DNA of 64,000 nucleotides from Clostridium sp. CAG:568 (GTDB lineage Bacteria; Bacillota_I; Bacilli_A; RFN20; CAG-288): the NCBI GenBank assembly GCA_000434395.1, contig FR878803.1:13172-77171 (forward strand), written 5' to 3'. Each line of letters starts with the position of its first letter. Position 1 is the stretch's first letter. The notes beneath the pieces were generated by a model. That model saw only the letters and a program-made list of their open reading frames with translations. It searched no databases and was not told the origin of the DNA. The translations under genes were made by a program, and so were the position numbers. Of the stretch, positions 40,524-50,080 are shown piece after piece.

Positions 40524-40552
40524 TTGAAAACCCTTTCTAAAAGTGATAAAGT
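40524..40552 (+). promoter_or_regulatory. candidate sigma-A promoter of the BMP nucleoside ABC operon
   Basis: TTGAAA, 17 nt, TGaTAAAGT extended -10. About 120 nt upstream of the lipoprotein start. Confidence 0.35.
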
Positions 40553-40670
40553 AAAAAATGTTTATTATTGAAATTGGGTAAAGAATTCGTAAAGAAACTG
40601 TAAATCCCAAATGAAGAGATTAGACTAGATGATCAGATTTTTCACACAATTTAAGGGGGAATATAATAGT

Positions 40671-41870
40671 ATGAAAAAGTCAGTCTTAATTCTTATGGCC
40701 GGTTTGTCTTTGCTTTCATTAGCTTCATGTTCTAAGAAAGATGATGGTGATGCAAATGCTCTTAAGATTGCTTTGGTTACCGATTCTGGAACTCTCAACG
40801 ATCACAACTTCAATGAGACTTCATGGAATGCTGTAAATGATTGGGCTATCGAAAATGGTGGTGGAAAGAAAACCAGCGACAACGTTGTTACTGGTGGAAC
40901 AATAGAGACTAAGTATTACCAACCTTCTGCTGTCAATGGCGACTTCACTACTGCTCAAAGAGTCTCTGCTATCGATTCCGCAGTCGAATGGGGTGCTAAA
41001 TTTGTCGTACTTCCTGGATATTTGTTCCAACCTGTTGTAAAGAAGGTTCAAGCCAAATATCCTAATGTCTCTTTCTTGGCTTTGGATTGTGTTGCTCAAG
41101 ATAGTGATGATAACTACACCGAGTACACCTTAAACGACAATGTCGCTATGACTCAATATCATGAGGAACAAGCTGGTTGGTTTGCTGGTTATGGTGCCGT
41201 CAAGGATGGATTGAAAAAGCTCGGATTTATCGGTGGTATGGCCGTCCCTGCTGTCAAACGTTACGGATTTGGATATATTCAAGGTGCTGAAGCTGCCGCT
41301 AAGGAATTGGGTCTTAATGACGAGGCAGTCAGCATGGAATACTACTATGCTGGACAATTCGCTGCAACTCAGGAAGCAACTGATTTTGCCAGCAAATGGT
41401 ATGCAAGCGGAACTGAAACAATCTTTGCTTGCGGTGGTGCTGTTTATAACTCAGTTACAACAGCCTTGAGCACCTCCGGAAAGGATGCTTCATGGATTGG
41501 TGTTGATACTAACCAGCACGCTGATACTTCCATCCATCCTAATAAGATGAATGAGAAGGTCTTGACTTCTGCTACCAAAGGTCTCGCCGCTTCAATCAAG
41601 AGTGCTCTCACCGAGTGGAATACTCACGACCACAAGTTTGATGCAAAATATGCTGGAAAGACTTTGAACCTCGGAATTAAAGACGATGCCGTCGGTCTTG
41701 CAACTCCTGAGAACTCTGGAGACAGCGGATGCTGGAACTTCAAAAAATGGACTGTTGCAGACTATAACGCCGCAGTCACCAAGATGAAGAACGGAGAAAT
41801 CACTGTTTCTTCTGACGTTGAAAATCTTCCCACAACCACAAAGGTCAAAGTGACAACTCACAACAAGTAA
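40671..41870 (+). CDS. BMP-family (basic membrane protein / PnrA-like) nucleoside-binding lipoprotein, substrate-binding component of the ABC importer
   Basis: Lipoprotein signal MKKSVLILMAGLSLLSLASC. BMP-type motifs (LGFIGGM, FACGGAV). I prefer the ATG at 40671 (GGGGG RBS 11 nt upstream) over the 40629 ATG of the ORF track. Confidence 0.75.
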   Translation: MKKSVLILMAGLSLLSLASCSKKDDGDANALKIALVTDSGTLNDHNFNETSWNAVNDWAIENGGGKKTSDNVVTGGTIETKYYQPSAVNGDFTTAQRVSAIDSAVEWGAKFVVLPGYLFQPVVKKVQAKYPNVSFLALDCVAQDSDDNYTEYTLNDNVAMTQYHEEQAGWFAGYGAVKDGLKKLGFIGGMAVPAVKRYGFGYIQGAEAAAKELGLNDEAVSMEYYYAGQFAATQEATDFASKWYASGTETIFACGGAVYNSVTTALSTSGKDASWIGVDTNQHADTSIHPNKMNEKVLTSATKGLAASIKSALTEWNTHDHKFDAKYAGKTLNLGIKDDAVGLATPENSGDSGCWNFKKWTVADYNAAVTKMKNGEITVSSDVENLPTTTKVKVTTHNK

Positions 41871-41885
41871 GCTTCGACTTAAAGG

Positions 41886-41917
41886 AGAGGTAAGGGGCTT
41901 CCTTACCTCTTTTTTTA
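41886..41917 (+). terminator. intrinsic terminator/attenuator between the binding-lipoprotein gene and the ABC ATPase gene
   Basis: 10-bp stem AGAGGTAAGG/CCTTACCTCT with loop GGCTT, followed by TTTTTT. Confidence 0.65.
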
Positions 41918-41938
41918 AAATAAGGAGAATAAAAATAG

Positions 41939-43570
41939 ATGGAAGAAGAGAATATAGAAAATGTACTAGAATTACGACATATAACTAAGATTTTTCCAGG
42001 AATCAAGGCTAACGATGATATTTCTCTCACCCTCAGAAAAGGTGAAGTTCATGCTTTGCTAGGTGAAAACGGAGCTGGAAAATCTACTTTAATGTCTATG
42101 GTTTCCGGTCTTTATCAACCAGACGAAGGTGAGATACTTTTGAATGGTAAAAAAGTCAATATCAAAGATCCTCACCAAGCTTCCGACTTAGGAATAGGAA
42201 TGGTTCACCAACATTTTATGTTGGTCGGAGTGTTCACTGCTTTGGAAAATATAATCTTAGGTGTTGAACCTACAAATAAACTAGGATTTATTCAGCCTAA
42301 AGAAGCTAGACAAAAACTTGTAGATTTGTGCAACAAATTCAACTTTAATATCAACCTCGATGAAAAAGTTGACGATATGAGTGTTGGCGAACAACAAAAA
42401 GTTGAAATCTTAAAAATGTTGTTCAAAGATTCAAACATTCTGATTTTCGATGAGCCTACTGCTGTTTTGACTCCTCAAGAAATCGATGACTTAATGGTTT
42501 CCATTAGAAACTTAGCAAAGGAAGGAAAGTCAATACTATTCATCTCCCATAAGCTCGATGAAATCATGAAGGTCACTGACAGAGTTACCATCTTAAGAAA
42601 AGGAAAATGCATTGGAACACTCAACACTAAAGAGACAAACGCTAAGGAACTCTCTAGAATGATGGTCGGACGTGATGTCGAATTAGTGACCTCAAAAGAT
42701 GAATGCCATCCAGGTGCAGATGTCCTAACCATAAACAATTTGACTGTATTCAACCAAGAAAAAGAGAAAGAAACAGTAAAGCATGTCTCTTTCAATGTCA
42801 GAAGAGGTGAAATTGTATGTCTCGCAGGTATCGAAGGTAACGGTCAAACCGATTTAATTTACGCAATAACAGGTTTGTGCAGAGCTAAAGAAGGTGAAAT
42901 CGTCCTTCATAATGTCAAGAATCAAAAATACAGCGAAAAGAAAAAACTAGAAATAGAAAAGAAACATAAAGAATACACCGTCCCTGAATATGTCGATGTA
43001 CATTTGGAAAAACTTACTATTAGAAAACGTTCATTAGCCGGTCTTTCACATATCCCTGAGGATCGTCAGAAATATGGATTGGCTTTGGACTTCTCTTTGG
43101 CTGATAACATCGTTCTAAGAAAATACTTTGAAAGACCATATGAAATATTTGGCTTAAGAAATAAGAAAAAAATAAACGAATACGCTAATGAAATGATTAA
43201 AAAATATGATATTCGTTCAAGCTTAGGTCCACAATCTACAGTTAGGTCGATGTCTGGTGGAAACCAACAAAAAGCAATCATTGCAAGAGAGATGGATACA
43301 AATTGCCCCCTATTGATAGCTGTCTCTCCTACAAGAGGTTTGGATGTTGGAGCAATTGAAAATATTCATAAACAGTTAATTCAAAACAGAGACGAAGGAA
43401 AAGCCGTTCTTCTAGTATCGCTAGAACTCGATGAAGTAATGAATTTGTCAGATAGAATTCTAGTCATGCACGATGGTGAAATAGTTGCTGAATTGAATCC
43501 TAAGGAGACCACTGTACAAGAGATTGGTCTCTATATGTTAGGAACAAAGAAGCAAGAAAGGAGTGAATAA
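41939..43570 (+). CDS. ABC transporter ATP-binding protein with tandem ATPase domains (simple-sugar/nucleoside type)
   Basis: Two ABC domains: GENGAGKST ... SVGEQQKVEI ... ILIFDEPT, and GIEGNGQT ... SGGNQQKAIIAR ... LLIAVSPTRGLD. RBS AAGGAGAA. Confidence 0.8.
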   Translation: MEEENIENVLELRHITKIFPGIKANDDISLTLRKGEVHALLGENGAGKSTLMSMVSGLYQPDEGEILLNGKKVNIKDPHQASDLGIGMVHQHFMLVGVFTALENIILGVEPTNKLGFIQPKEARQKLVDLCNKFNFNINLDEKVDDMSVGEQQKVEILKMLFKDSNILIFDEPTAVLTPQEIDDLMVSIRNLAKEGKSILFISHKLDEIMKVTDRVTILRKGKCIGTLNTKETNAKELSRMMVGRDVELVTSKDECHPGADVLTINNLTVFNQEKEKETVKHVSFNVRRGEIVCLAGIEGNGQTDLIYAITGLCRAKEGEIVLHNVKNQKYSEKKKLEIEKKHKEYTVPEYVDVHLEKLTIRKRSLAGLSHIPEDRQKYGLALDFSLADNIVLRKYFERPYEIFGLRNKKKINEYANEMIKKYDIRSSLGPQSTVRSMSGGNQQKAIIAREMDTNCPLLIAVSPTRGLDVGAIENIHKQLIQNRDEGKAVLLVSLELDEVMNLSDRILVMHDGEIVAELNPKETTVQEIGLYMLGTKKQERSE

Positions 43571-44981
43571 CATGAAAGAAATATGGAATAAGATAACATC
43601 TGCTTTATCTAAGTTCTTCAAAGATGTTTATTCTAAAGTATTGACTCCTATCGGGCATTTCTTCCAGTTTATTTGGAACTGGTGCTACACAGTTGTATTC
43701 ACTCCTATCGGGCATTTCTTCCAATTTATTTGGAACTGGTGTTACACAGTTGTATTCACCCCCATCGGGCATTTCTTCAATAAAGGTTGGAACTGGTTTA
43801 CCAACACAAAAACTGGTGCAGCAGTAAGAAAATTCTTCTCTTGGTCATACTCGCATGAAGCTGTTAGAGCTACAACCTCAAGTATCATTTGTATTCTAAT
43901 AGGTCTTTTCATCGGTTTCATAGTAATGATGATTCGTGATCCTTCAAGTTGCTTTGAAGGCTTAGGAGTAATATTTGTATCCGGTGCAAAAAATCCAAGC
44001 AATTTTGCAAATGTCTTAGTAGAAATGACACCGATGATTTTGGCTGGTATCTCGATATCGTTTGCTTTTAAATTAGGCTTGTTCAATATTGGAGTAACAG
44101 GTCAATTGACAATGGGTGCTTTCCTTTCAATTTTGACTGGATTAGCTGGTGCAGATTGGTACTGGTGTTTATTGGTTGGAATGTTGGGAGGAGCTGCAGT
44201 TGGATCTATAAGTGGATTCTTAAAAGCAAAGTTCAACGTCAACGAAGTCTTATCTGGAATCATGCTCAACTGGATCGTCTACTATTTAACCGGTCTAATT
44301 GGATCAAATCTTCCTGAGACATGGATCGATAAGAACAATAACACAAAACTTACAATCATGCCTAAGACTGGAAGACTACCTTCATTGGCAGGCCCAGGAA
44401 TATTCGAAGATGTCACTTGGGGATTAATCATTGCAGCTGTCATCGCTATTATCATTTGGTTCATTCTTAGATATACAAGATTTGGATTCGAGCTCAAGCT
44501 TTGCGGCTCCAACAAATATGTAGCAAAATATGCTGGTATAAACCAAAATGGTAAGATTGTTCTTTCATTACTCATCAGCGGTGCAATAGCAGGAATTTGT
44601 GGATACATGGTATATGGTGCTGCCACACCTACACAATTCACTTACGGTGCCTTGGATGGAGTCATGATTAGCGATGGATTCAATGGAATTTCAATTGCGT
44701 TGATAGGTCAGACCAATCCTATTGGATGTATCTTCAGTTCGTTCTTCTTGTCCTATATCAACCAAGCTCAAACAAGAATCGTCAACGTCTCAGCTTCATA
44801 TAGTAAATACTATATGGAATTGGTCAAAGCAGTCATCGTCTACGGTGCAAGCTTAAGCTCATTCATCGGTTACTTGTTGAAGAGAAGAAATGAGCGTAAG
44901 AAAGATGATGTAGATCTAAAGTTTAGAAGTCTTTTCAAGAAAAAAGACGGTGAAGTCAATGCTGAAGGAAGGAGTAAATAG
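43563..44981 (+). CDS. ABC transporter permease (nucleoside/simple-sugar family) with a repeat-containing N-terminal extension
   Basis: Polytopic membrane protein. Its N-terminus contains an in-frame 57-nt tandem duplication (TPIGHFFQFIWNWCYTVVF, about 2.8 copies). Confidence 0.7.
   Translation: MNNMKEIWNKITSALSKFFKDVYSKVLTPIGHFFQFIWNWCYTVVFTPIGHFFQFIWNWCYTVVFTPIGHFFNKGWNWFTNTKTGAAVRKFFSWSYSHEAVRATTSSIICILIGLFIGFIVMMIRDPSSCFEGLGVIFVSGAKNPSNFANVLVEMTPMILAGISISFAFKLGLFNIGVTGQLTMGAFLSILTGLAGADWYWCLLVGMLGGAAVGSISGFLKAKFNVNEVLSGIMLNWIVYYLTGLIGSNLPETWIDKNNNTKLTIMPKTGRLPSLAGPGIFEDVTWGLIIAAVIAIIIWFILRYTRFGFELKLCGSNKYVAKYAGINQNGKIVLSLLISGAIAGICGYMVYGAATPTQFTYGALDGVMISDGFNGISIALIGQTNPIGCIFSSFFLSYINQAQTRIVNVSASYSKYYMELVKAVIVYGASLSSFIGYLLKRRNERKKDDVDLKFRSLFKKKDGEVNAEGRSK
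43644..43800 (+). repeat. in-frame 57-nt tandem repeat (2 full copies plus a diverged partial third) inside the permease gene
   Basis: The unit ACTCCTATCGGGCATTTCTTCCAGTTTATTTGGAACTGGTGCTACACAGTTGTATTC is repeated at 43644-43700 and 43701-43757 with 2 mismatches. A third, diverged copy follows. Confidence 0.8.
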
Positions 44982-44983
44982 AT

Positions 44984-46000
44984 ATGAATTTCTTAGTTGA
45001 TATAGCTCCACTTACTTATGGTTCAATTGTCTTCTTACTGATAGTATTTGGTGTTGGATTTACCTTAGGTTCATTCGGTGGATTATTCTCAGAATGCTCC
45101 GGTATCATCAATATCGCCTTGGATGGTGCAATGTTGATCGGTGCTTTCTCAGGAATTTCGTTCTGTAGAGGTATAGCTGGGGCGATGAATGGAAATCCTT
45201 TGATATCAAATTACTGGTTTGCTAATTTGATTTACATACTAGGTTTAATTGTATGTATACTCGTCTCTCTAGCATTTTCATTCTTGCTATCATTCGTGTC
45301 AATCAAATTCAAAGCAGATCAAACAATTGTCGGAACTGCCTTGAATAGCGTTGTAACAGCTATCGTTTTGATTGCTAATACAATTATCTTAAACAAGGAT
45401 AAGCCTGAAGTTGACGTCTCAATGTTTATGAGCGCAACAAACATTAAATCCGGAAATGAATTTATCGACGGCTGTTTCTCTAATATGAATTTAACTCTCG
45501 TGATTGGAATCATAATGATTGCTATTTTGGTTCTCACTATGAACAAAACTAAATTCGGCCTTAGATTGAGAGCATGCGGTGAAAACCCACAAGCTGCTGA
45601 TTCTGTCGGAATCAATGTCAATAGAATGCGTTACATCGGAACCGCTATAGGAACCGCTGCCGCCGGGGCTGGTGGATACATAATATTCTCTTGTTTGAAG
45701 TTAGGTGAATGGAGTTTAAATTCAGGTGTCTTCGGTTACGGATTCTTGGTCTTAGCAATAGAAATTCTAGGAAACTGGAAGGCTATAAATGTAACCATCT
45801 CTGCTTGGATTTTTGCAGCATTCTTCGCTTTTGCAAACTTCATGACAGTCGCCTTCAGTTCAGGAAATGCTTTCTATAACAGCAAAGCTTTCTACATGTT
45901 GCTTCCATATTTACTCACATTGTTATCATTGATCATCTTCTCAAAGAAAAGCCATGCTCCAAAGAGTGAAGGTATTCCATACGACAAATCGAGTAGATAA
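44984..46000 (+). CDS. ABC transporter permease (second permease of the BMP importer)
   Basis: 338-aa polytopic membrane protein. 3-nt gap after the first permease. Confidence 0.7.
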   Translation: MNFLVDIAPLTYGSIVFLLIVFGVGFTLGSFGGLFSECSGIINIALDGAMLIGAFSGISFCRGIAGAMNGNPLISNYWFANLIYILGLIVCILVSLAFSFLLSFVSIKFKADQTIVGTALNSVVTAIVLIANTIILNKDKPEVDVSMFMSATNIKSGNEFIDGCFSNMNLTLVIGIIMIAILVLTMNKTKFGLRLRACGENPQAADSVGINVNRMRYIGTAIGTAAAGAGGYIIFSCLKLGEWSLNSGVFGYGFLVLAIEILGNWKAINVTISAWIFAAFFAFANFMTVAFSSGNAFYNSKAFYMLLPYLLTLLSLIIFSKKSHAPKSEGIPYDKSSR

Positions 46001-46015
46001 TGATATAAAACTTAA

Positions 46016-46047
46016 AAGACTCCATCAAATGATGGAGTTTTTTTATT
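46016..46047 (+). terminator. rho-independent terminator ending the BMP ABC operon
   Basis: Stem GACTCCATC/GATGGAGT(C) with loop AAAT, followed by TTTTTTTATT. Confidence 0.75.
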
Positions 46048-46117
46048 CACTTCAAAGAAGTAATTGTGAATTCATTAATAGACAAAAGGTTAAATTTCGA
46101 AGTTAACCCCATTCATT

Positions 46118-46321
46118 TCAATCTTTGGATGTCTTTTCCTCCACTGACGATTCTTCATCAACAAGTTTTATAAGACCTTTTTCAAGAGCGACACTGGGAT
46201 GCTTAAATTTCTTTCCATTATAATCAACTACAATGTTTCCTTTGACATCGATGTCTATAATAGTACCTTCTCCTCTAGCCCCTTTAACTTTTTTCCCAAT
46301 CAATTCTTTTGTATCTGACAT
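46118..46321 (-). CDS. small hypothetical protein (67 aa)
   Basis: MSDTKELIGKKVKGARGEGTIIDIDVKGNIVVDYNGKKF.... Small beta-rich protein. RBS AGGAAAGGAG 6 nt upstream. Confidence 0.4.
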   Translation of the reverse strand: MSDTKELIGKKVKGARGEGTIIDIDVKGNIVVDYNGKKFKHPSVALEKGLIKLVDEESSVEEKTSKD

Positions 46322-46689
46322 TTTGACTTGCTCCTTTCCTAAATTTTATCGTACAAATCCTTAATTTTCAATTTATTTGATCATCAAGTTCAAGCTAGAT
46401 TCATTCAAATAGAAGTGCTAAAGAATCCTAACTTTTATAAAATATAGAAATTCAATTCAAGCTGTTATTGATCACTTACATAACAAATTGATTTAATATA
46501 TTATTCAAAAGAATACATGCAGTAAAACAAAGAAAGACATTTTTTATAAAGAATTTTAAATTGAACCATGCATATTTACTTTTTAATATTGTTAAATAAG
46601 ATCGACAAATAAAATAGCATTACTAATCCACTTAAATTTCCTTTTTAATACATATAATGATGATATTGATGGTAATGAATATCAATAAA

Positions 46690-46720
46690 TCAAAAAATCT
46701 CTTGGATTTTAACCAAGAGA
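46690..46720 (-). terminator. intrinsic terminator downstream of the XRE-family gene
   Basis: Stem TCTCTTGG/CCAAGAGA with a 7-nt loop, followed on the minus strand by UUUUUUGAUUUAUUG. Confidence 0.55.
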
Positions 46721-46825
46721 TGTGATTATCTATGGCAAGAATTACCTAAAATGATACAATTCCCGCACCCTTACTTATCTGCTGTGTTTTCTCTTATACC
46801 TTAATAATTGTAATCGTGTAAGGAG

Positions 46826-47437
46826 TTAATCATATTTATCAATAATATAACATTTATTCCAACCTTTTTTATGACAATATGGACACCTCAAATATCTCTT
46901 CTTCATAGTATGTGCGCCCATTAAATATTCCCTCATTGTTGGTACAAATTTCTCACCACAATGACAACATTCATATACCTCAGTGTTAACTGCAACCAAT
47001 AAAATCAAAGCAATATTTGATACCACTAACAAAACTGACATTACGCAAACTAGTATTTTTATCCATACTTCTTCAATTACAAATCCTGCTAATAATATTA
47101 ATCCTAATGTTATAAGAATTGTTACAATAGCTGAAATCGTGGAAATAGTATATTTAAGTTTCGGGCTTGTTTTATCCATTAATTTTAAAAGATTATTTTC
47201 GGCATTAATTCGATATTGTTTATCTTGTAATCTTTCTCCAGTCATTAATTCATTTGCATCAATTTCTAAACATTTACATAATGGTAAAATTAAACTAATA
47301 TTAGGGAAGCCAACACCTCGTTCCCATTTACTAATTGTCTTTTCAGATAGATTTAATTTTTCTGCTAACTCTCGTTGAGTTAATCCTTTTTCTTTACGAA
47401 TTAAAGCAATAAATTTTCCAGTTTTATTTAAATCCAT
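46826..47437 (-). CDS. XRE-family HTH regulator with TM segments and a C-terminal zinc ribbon
   Basis: HTH region LTQRELAEKLNLSEKTISKWERG, two hydrophobic helices, C-terminal CCHCGEK...CPYCHKKGW. Confidence 0.65.
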   Translation of the reverse strand: MDLNKTGKFIALIRKEKGLTQRELAEKLNLSEKTISKWERGVGFPNISLILPLCKCLEIDANELMTGERLQDKQYRINAENNLLKLMDKTSPKLKYTISTISAIVTILITLGLILLAGFVIEEVWIKILVCVMSVLLVVSNIALILLVAVNTEVYECCHCGEKFVPTMREYLMGAHTMKKRYLRCPYCHKKGWNKCYIIDKYD

Positions 47438-47984
47438 TTTTGCCTATCTACTTACAAGAATTGTTTACTATATAAAAACGATAAATCACACTCACGCTCC
47501 GTAGAGTTTTATAAATTCCACTTTTAATTTACTTACAATTATTTAGTCATGCTACTTCTTGATGCAATATATTGGCACGATTGATTTTTCTATTGTTTGT
47601 TTTAAATCGTTGCAAATTTTCAACGATTCTAAAAGGATTATTTATTTATATATGCTGTTACTTTAGCATTGCCCTTTTTTTCAACTATTTTTTCAATTTA
47701 AGCATTTAATATTCTAATCAATGTATCTTTAGTAAAACCACTTATTTTTTCTAATTCATTTCTACTATATGAATATTTTTGTTTCATAACATCCTAAACC
47801 TTTTTTTCATTATTTGATAAGTTACTTTGTTCAATAATTGGCAATGTAACTGATATTCCCTTAATTACTTAACGCCTAAACAATTTAAGGAGCTAGTTTT
47901 CCCCTTAAATTAAGAAAAATGTCTACTTTCTACTGATTAGTCCAAAAATACCACCAGCAAAGGCAGTCCTAAATAAATATTATT

Positions 47985-49034
47985 CTATTTTTTATAAATA
48001 TACCTAGTATTGCGAGAAGTCCCTATTTTTTCAACAACTCCGCTTTTTACAAGCTTTCCTAAGACACTCTCAATAGTAGTAACACTTACATCTGGTAATA
48101 CTTTATATATATCCGCTTTAGATAATGGTGTGATGCTGTTTTTCAATGTTTCTTCAATACGATTTGTCTTAGATAGTTTTTTACCATTGACAACACTAAA
48201 TCTCATATCTAGTTCTCTATAGCAACGAAGAAGCATAAATATAAAGTTCTCTACAAAAGCAAAATAATCATTTTCGTTAAGGTCCCATCCCTTTGATGAA
48301 ATTCTTAGTGCCTCATAGTAAAGATCTTTATATTTATTGATTTGTTCCTCGTATGAAATATATTTAACAACGTCATATCCTTCTTTATATAAAAGCAACA
48401 AAGATAAAAGTCTACTCATTCTACCATTTCCATCTGAGAAAGGATGTATACATAAGAAATCTAAAATGACGCATGGAATAAGCAATAACGGATTTATACC
48501 ATAATCTTGTTTCGCTGATAAATAGGCAAAATAAAGCTGTTCCATTGCTTTTGGTGTTTCTGATGCTGGTGTTGGACAAAAACGAACACTTCTATTACCA
48601 TTCGCATCAATCTCTAATATAACATTGTCAGTATCTTTGTATTTTCCACCATACTGATAGTTTGTATATGAAAGCAACATTGAGTGAAGTGACAATATAG
48701 TATTCTCTGAAAAATCTAATGTTTTATAATTCATGTGTATTAGATTGAGCGCATCTCTATAACCTGCAATCTCAGCTTCATCATGATTTAAAGGCGCACT
48801 GTTTTTATTTACGATTTCTTGTATTCTACTATCGCTAGTTATGATGCCTTCAATAGCATTTGAGCTTTTAACTGATTGTACCTTAGCAATCTTCTCTAAT
48901 TCATTAAATGCATCAGTATAGATTCTTTGCCTATCCAATGCTTTATTTTTCAATTCACCAATAGACAATGATAACGTGATAAATTTAGATGGTATGTTAG
49001 TATTTTTTAAAAAAGAATAATCAAACTTATGCAT
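47985..49034 (-). CDS. Fic/Doc family protein (class II Fic with N-terminal inhibitory motif and C-terminal winged HTH)
   Basis: Fic motif HPFSDGNGRMSRLL. Inhibitory (S/T)xxxE(G/N) motif SNAIEG upstream. AGGAGG RBS 7 nt before the ATG. Confidence 0.8.
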   Translation of the reverse strand: MHKFDYSFLKNTNIPSKFITLSLSIGELKNKALDRQRIYTDAFNELEKIAKVQSVKSSNAIEGIITSDSRIQEIVNKNSAPLNHDEAEIAGYRDALNLIHMNYKTLDFSENTILSLHSMLLSYTNYQYGGKYKDTDNVILEIDANGNRSVRFCPTPASETPKAMEQLYFAYLSAKQDYGINPLLLIPCVILDFLCIHPFSDGNGRMSRLLSLLLLYKEGYDVVKYISYEEQINKYKDLYYEALRISSKGWDLNENDYFAFVENFIFMLLRCYRELDMRFSVVNGKKLSKTNRIEETLKNSITPLSKADIYKVLPDVSVTTIESVLGKLVKSGVVEKIGTSRNTRYIYKK

Positions 49035-49065
49035 ATATTCCTCCTAATGTGCATATATTTTGGCA

Positions 49066-49114
49066 AATAATATGCAGATATTCAAGCACTTTGTGGGTTA
49101 ATCTGCATATTATT
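49066..49114. promoter_or_regulatory. operator-like perfect 14-bp inverted repeat in the fic promoter region
   Basis: AATAATATGCAGAT (49066-49079) and ATCTGCATATTATT (49101-49114), separated by 21 bp. Further ATATGCA(T) half-site copies at about 49028, 49050, 49124 and 49144. Confidence 0.45.
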
Positions 49115-49447
49115 TATATTTTTATATGCATTAAAACTATTCAATATGCAAAAAGAGTCAACTCAACGATTCTATTGAACAATTAATCAGGGCTTCTCAA
49201 AAAAATAATCAATCATATAAATTTAAATTTCATAAAACAAAAAAGTCATCAGGTTTTAGTCTCTAAAAAGACTTGATCTGATGAATATAGTGGCAAAATC
49301 GCAAAAAAGAGGTTAAACCACTTATTTTGATGTGAACCCCATTTCCTGTTCGATGACTCGAGTCCAAGATTTGGGGTTAACGTCATTTAAACTTATTTTA
49401 ACAAGAAAAAAGGCTAATACCGAAGTATTAACCGCATTTACTGAATA

Positions 49448-49524
49448 TGGTGCCGACAAGTGGATTCGAACCACCAACCCTTCGCTTACGAAGCGACTGC
49501 TCTACCCTTAAGAGCTATGCCGGC
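49448..49524 (-). tRNA. tRNA-Thr (anticodon CGU)
   Basis: 77 nt cloverleaf: acceptor GCCGGCA/TGTCGGC, D-stem GCTC/GAGC, anticodon loop TTCGTAA, T-loop TTCGAAT, encoded CCA. Confidence 0.8.
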
Positions 49525-49642
49525 ACAACTTTGATATTTTAAAACAATTATCGCTTAAAAACAACATCTCTATATTTACTAAAAGAAAGAGATGATCCAT
49601 ATTAATTAATGTTAAAGATTTTTATTGAGGTTTAATTATCTA

Positions 49643-49846
49643 TTATTTTCTTACAAACCATTTGTTGGTCCAAACACTACGCTCTAGCTCAATAGAATTG
49701 TTACAGCTAGGACAAACTACATAACCACTATCACTAACATAAGTCTCTCCAAAGAACGGTTTTATATCTGTTTGAGTAATAGCCAATTTAGCACCACAAG
49801 TAACACATGTGATCTTAATTTCTTTTCCTTCCTTTAACACTTTCAT
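49643..49846 (-). CDS. small zinc-ribbon protein (67 aa)
   Basis: Two CxxC pairs (CVTCG ... CPSCN). Confidence 0.4.
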   Translation of the reverse strand: MKVLKEGKEIKITCVTCGAKLAITQTDIKPFFGETYVSDSGYVVCPSCNNSIELERSVWTNKWFVRK

Positions 49847-50029
49847 AAATAATGTACTCCTATCTAAAAGAAATTTTATTAATTCAAGCGCTTAAAAAGT
49901 GCTAAATCATTTATTTAATAAATACTTCCTAAATATCCGCTTAGTTAAGTATAATAATTTTAAATAACTTTTAAAATTTAATATTTAAAATTAAAATTGT
50001 CAATTTTTAATTAATACGAATTAATATAA

Positions 50030-50064
50030 AGAAATTAAAAATCACTCCATTGAAGGAGTGATTT
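50030..50064 (-). terminator. intrinsic terminator after the large lipoprotein gene
   Basis: Stem TCACTCC/GGAGTGA with loop ATTGAA, followed on the minus strand by UUUUUAAUUUCUUU. Confidence 0.6.
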
Positions 50065-50080
50065 AAATTTACATAAGCTG

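Noticed and set aside
47607-47634. 8-bp inverted repeat AATCGTTG...CAACGATT as a terminator
   Set aside because: It is not followed by a U-run on either strand and is distant from any gene end. Function unknown.
49150-49447. attL/attR-like direct repeat of the tRNA-Thr 3' end, or a second tRNA, in the Fic islet
   Set aside because: The imperfect inverted repeat GTGAACCCC...GGGGTTAAC and a GTTCGATG fragment were noticed. No copy of the tRNA 3' half was found, so no att site can be supported.
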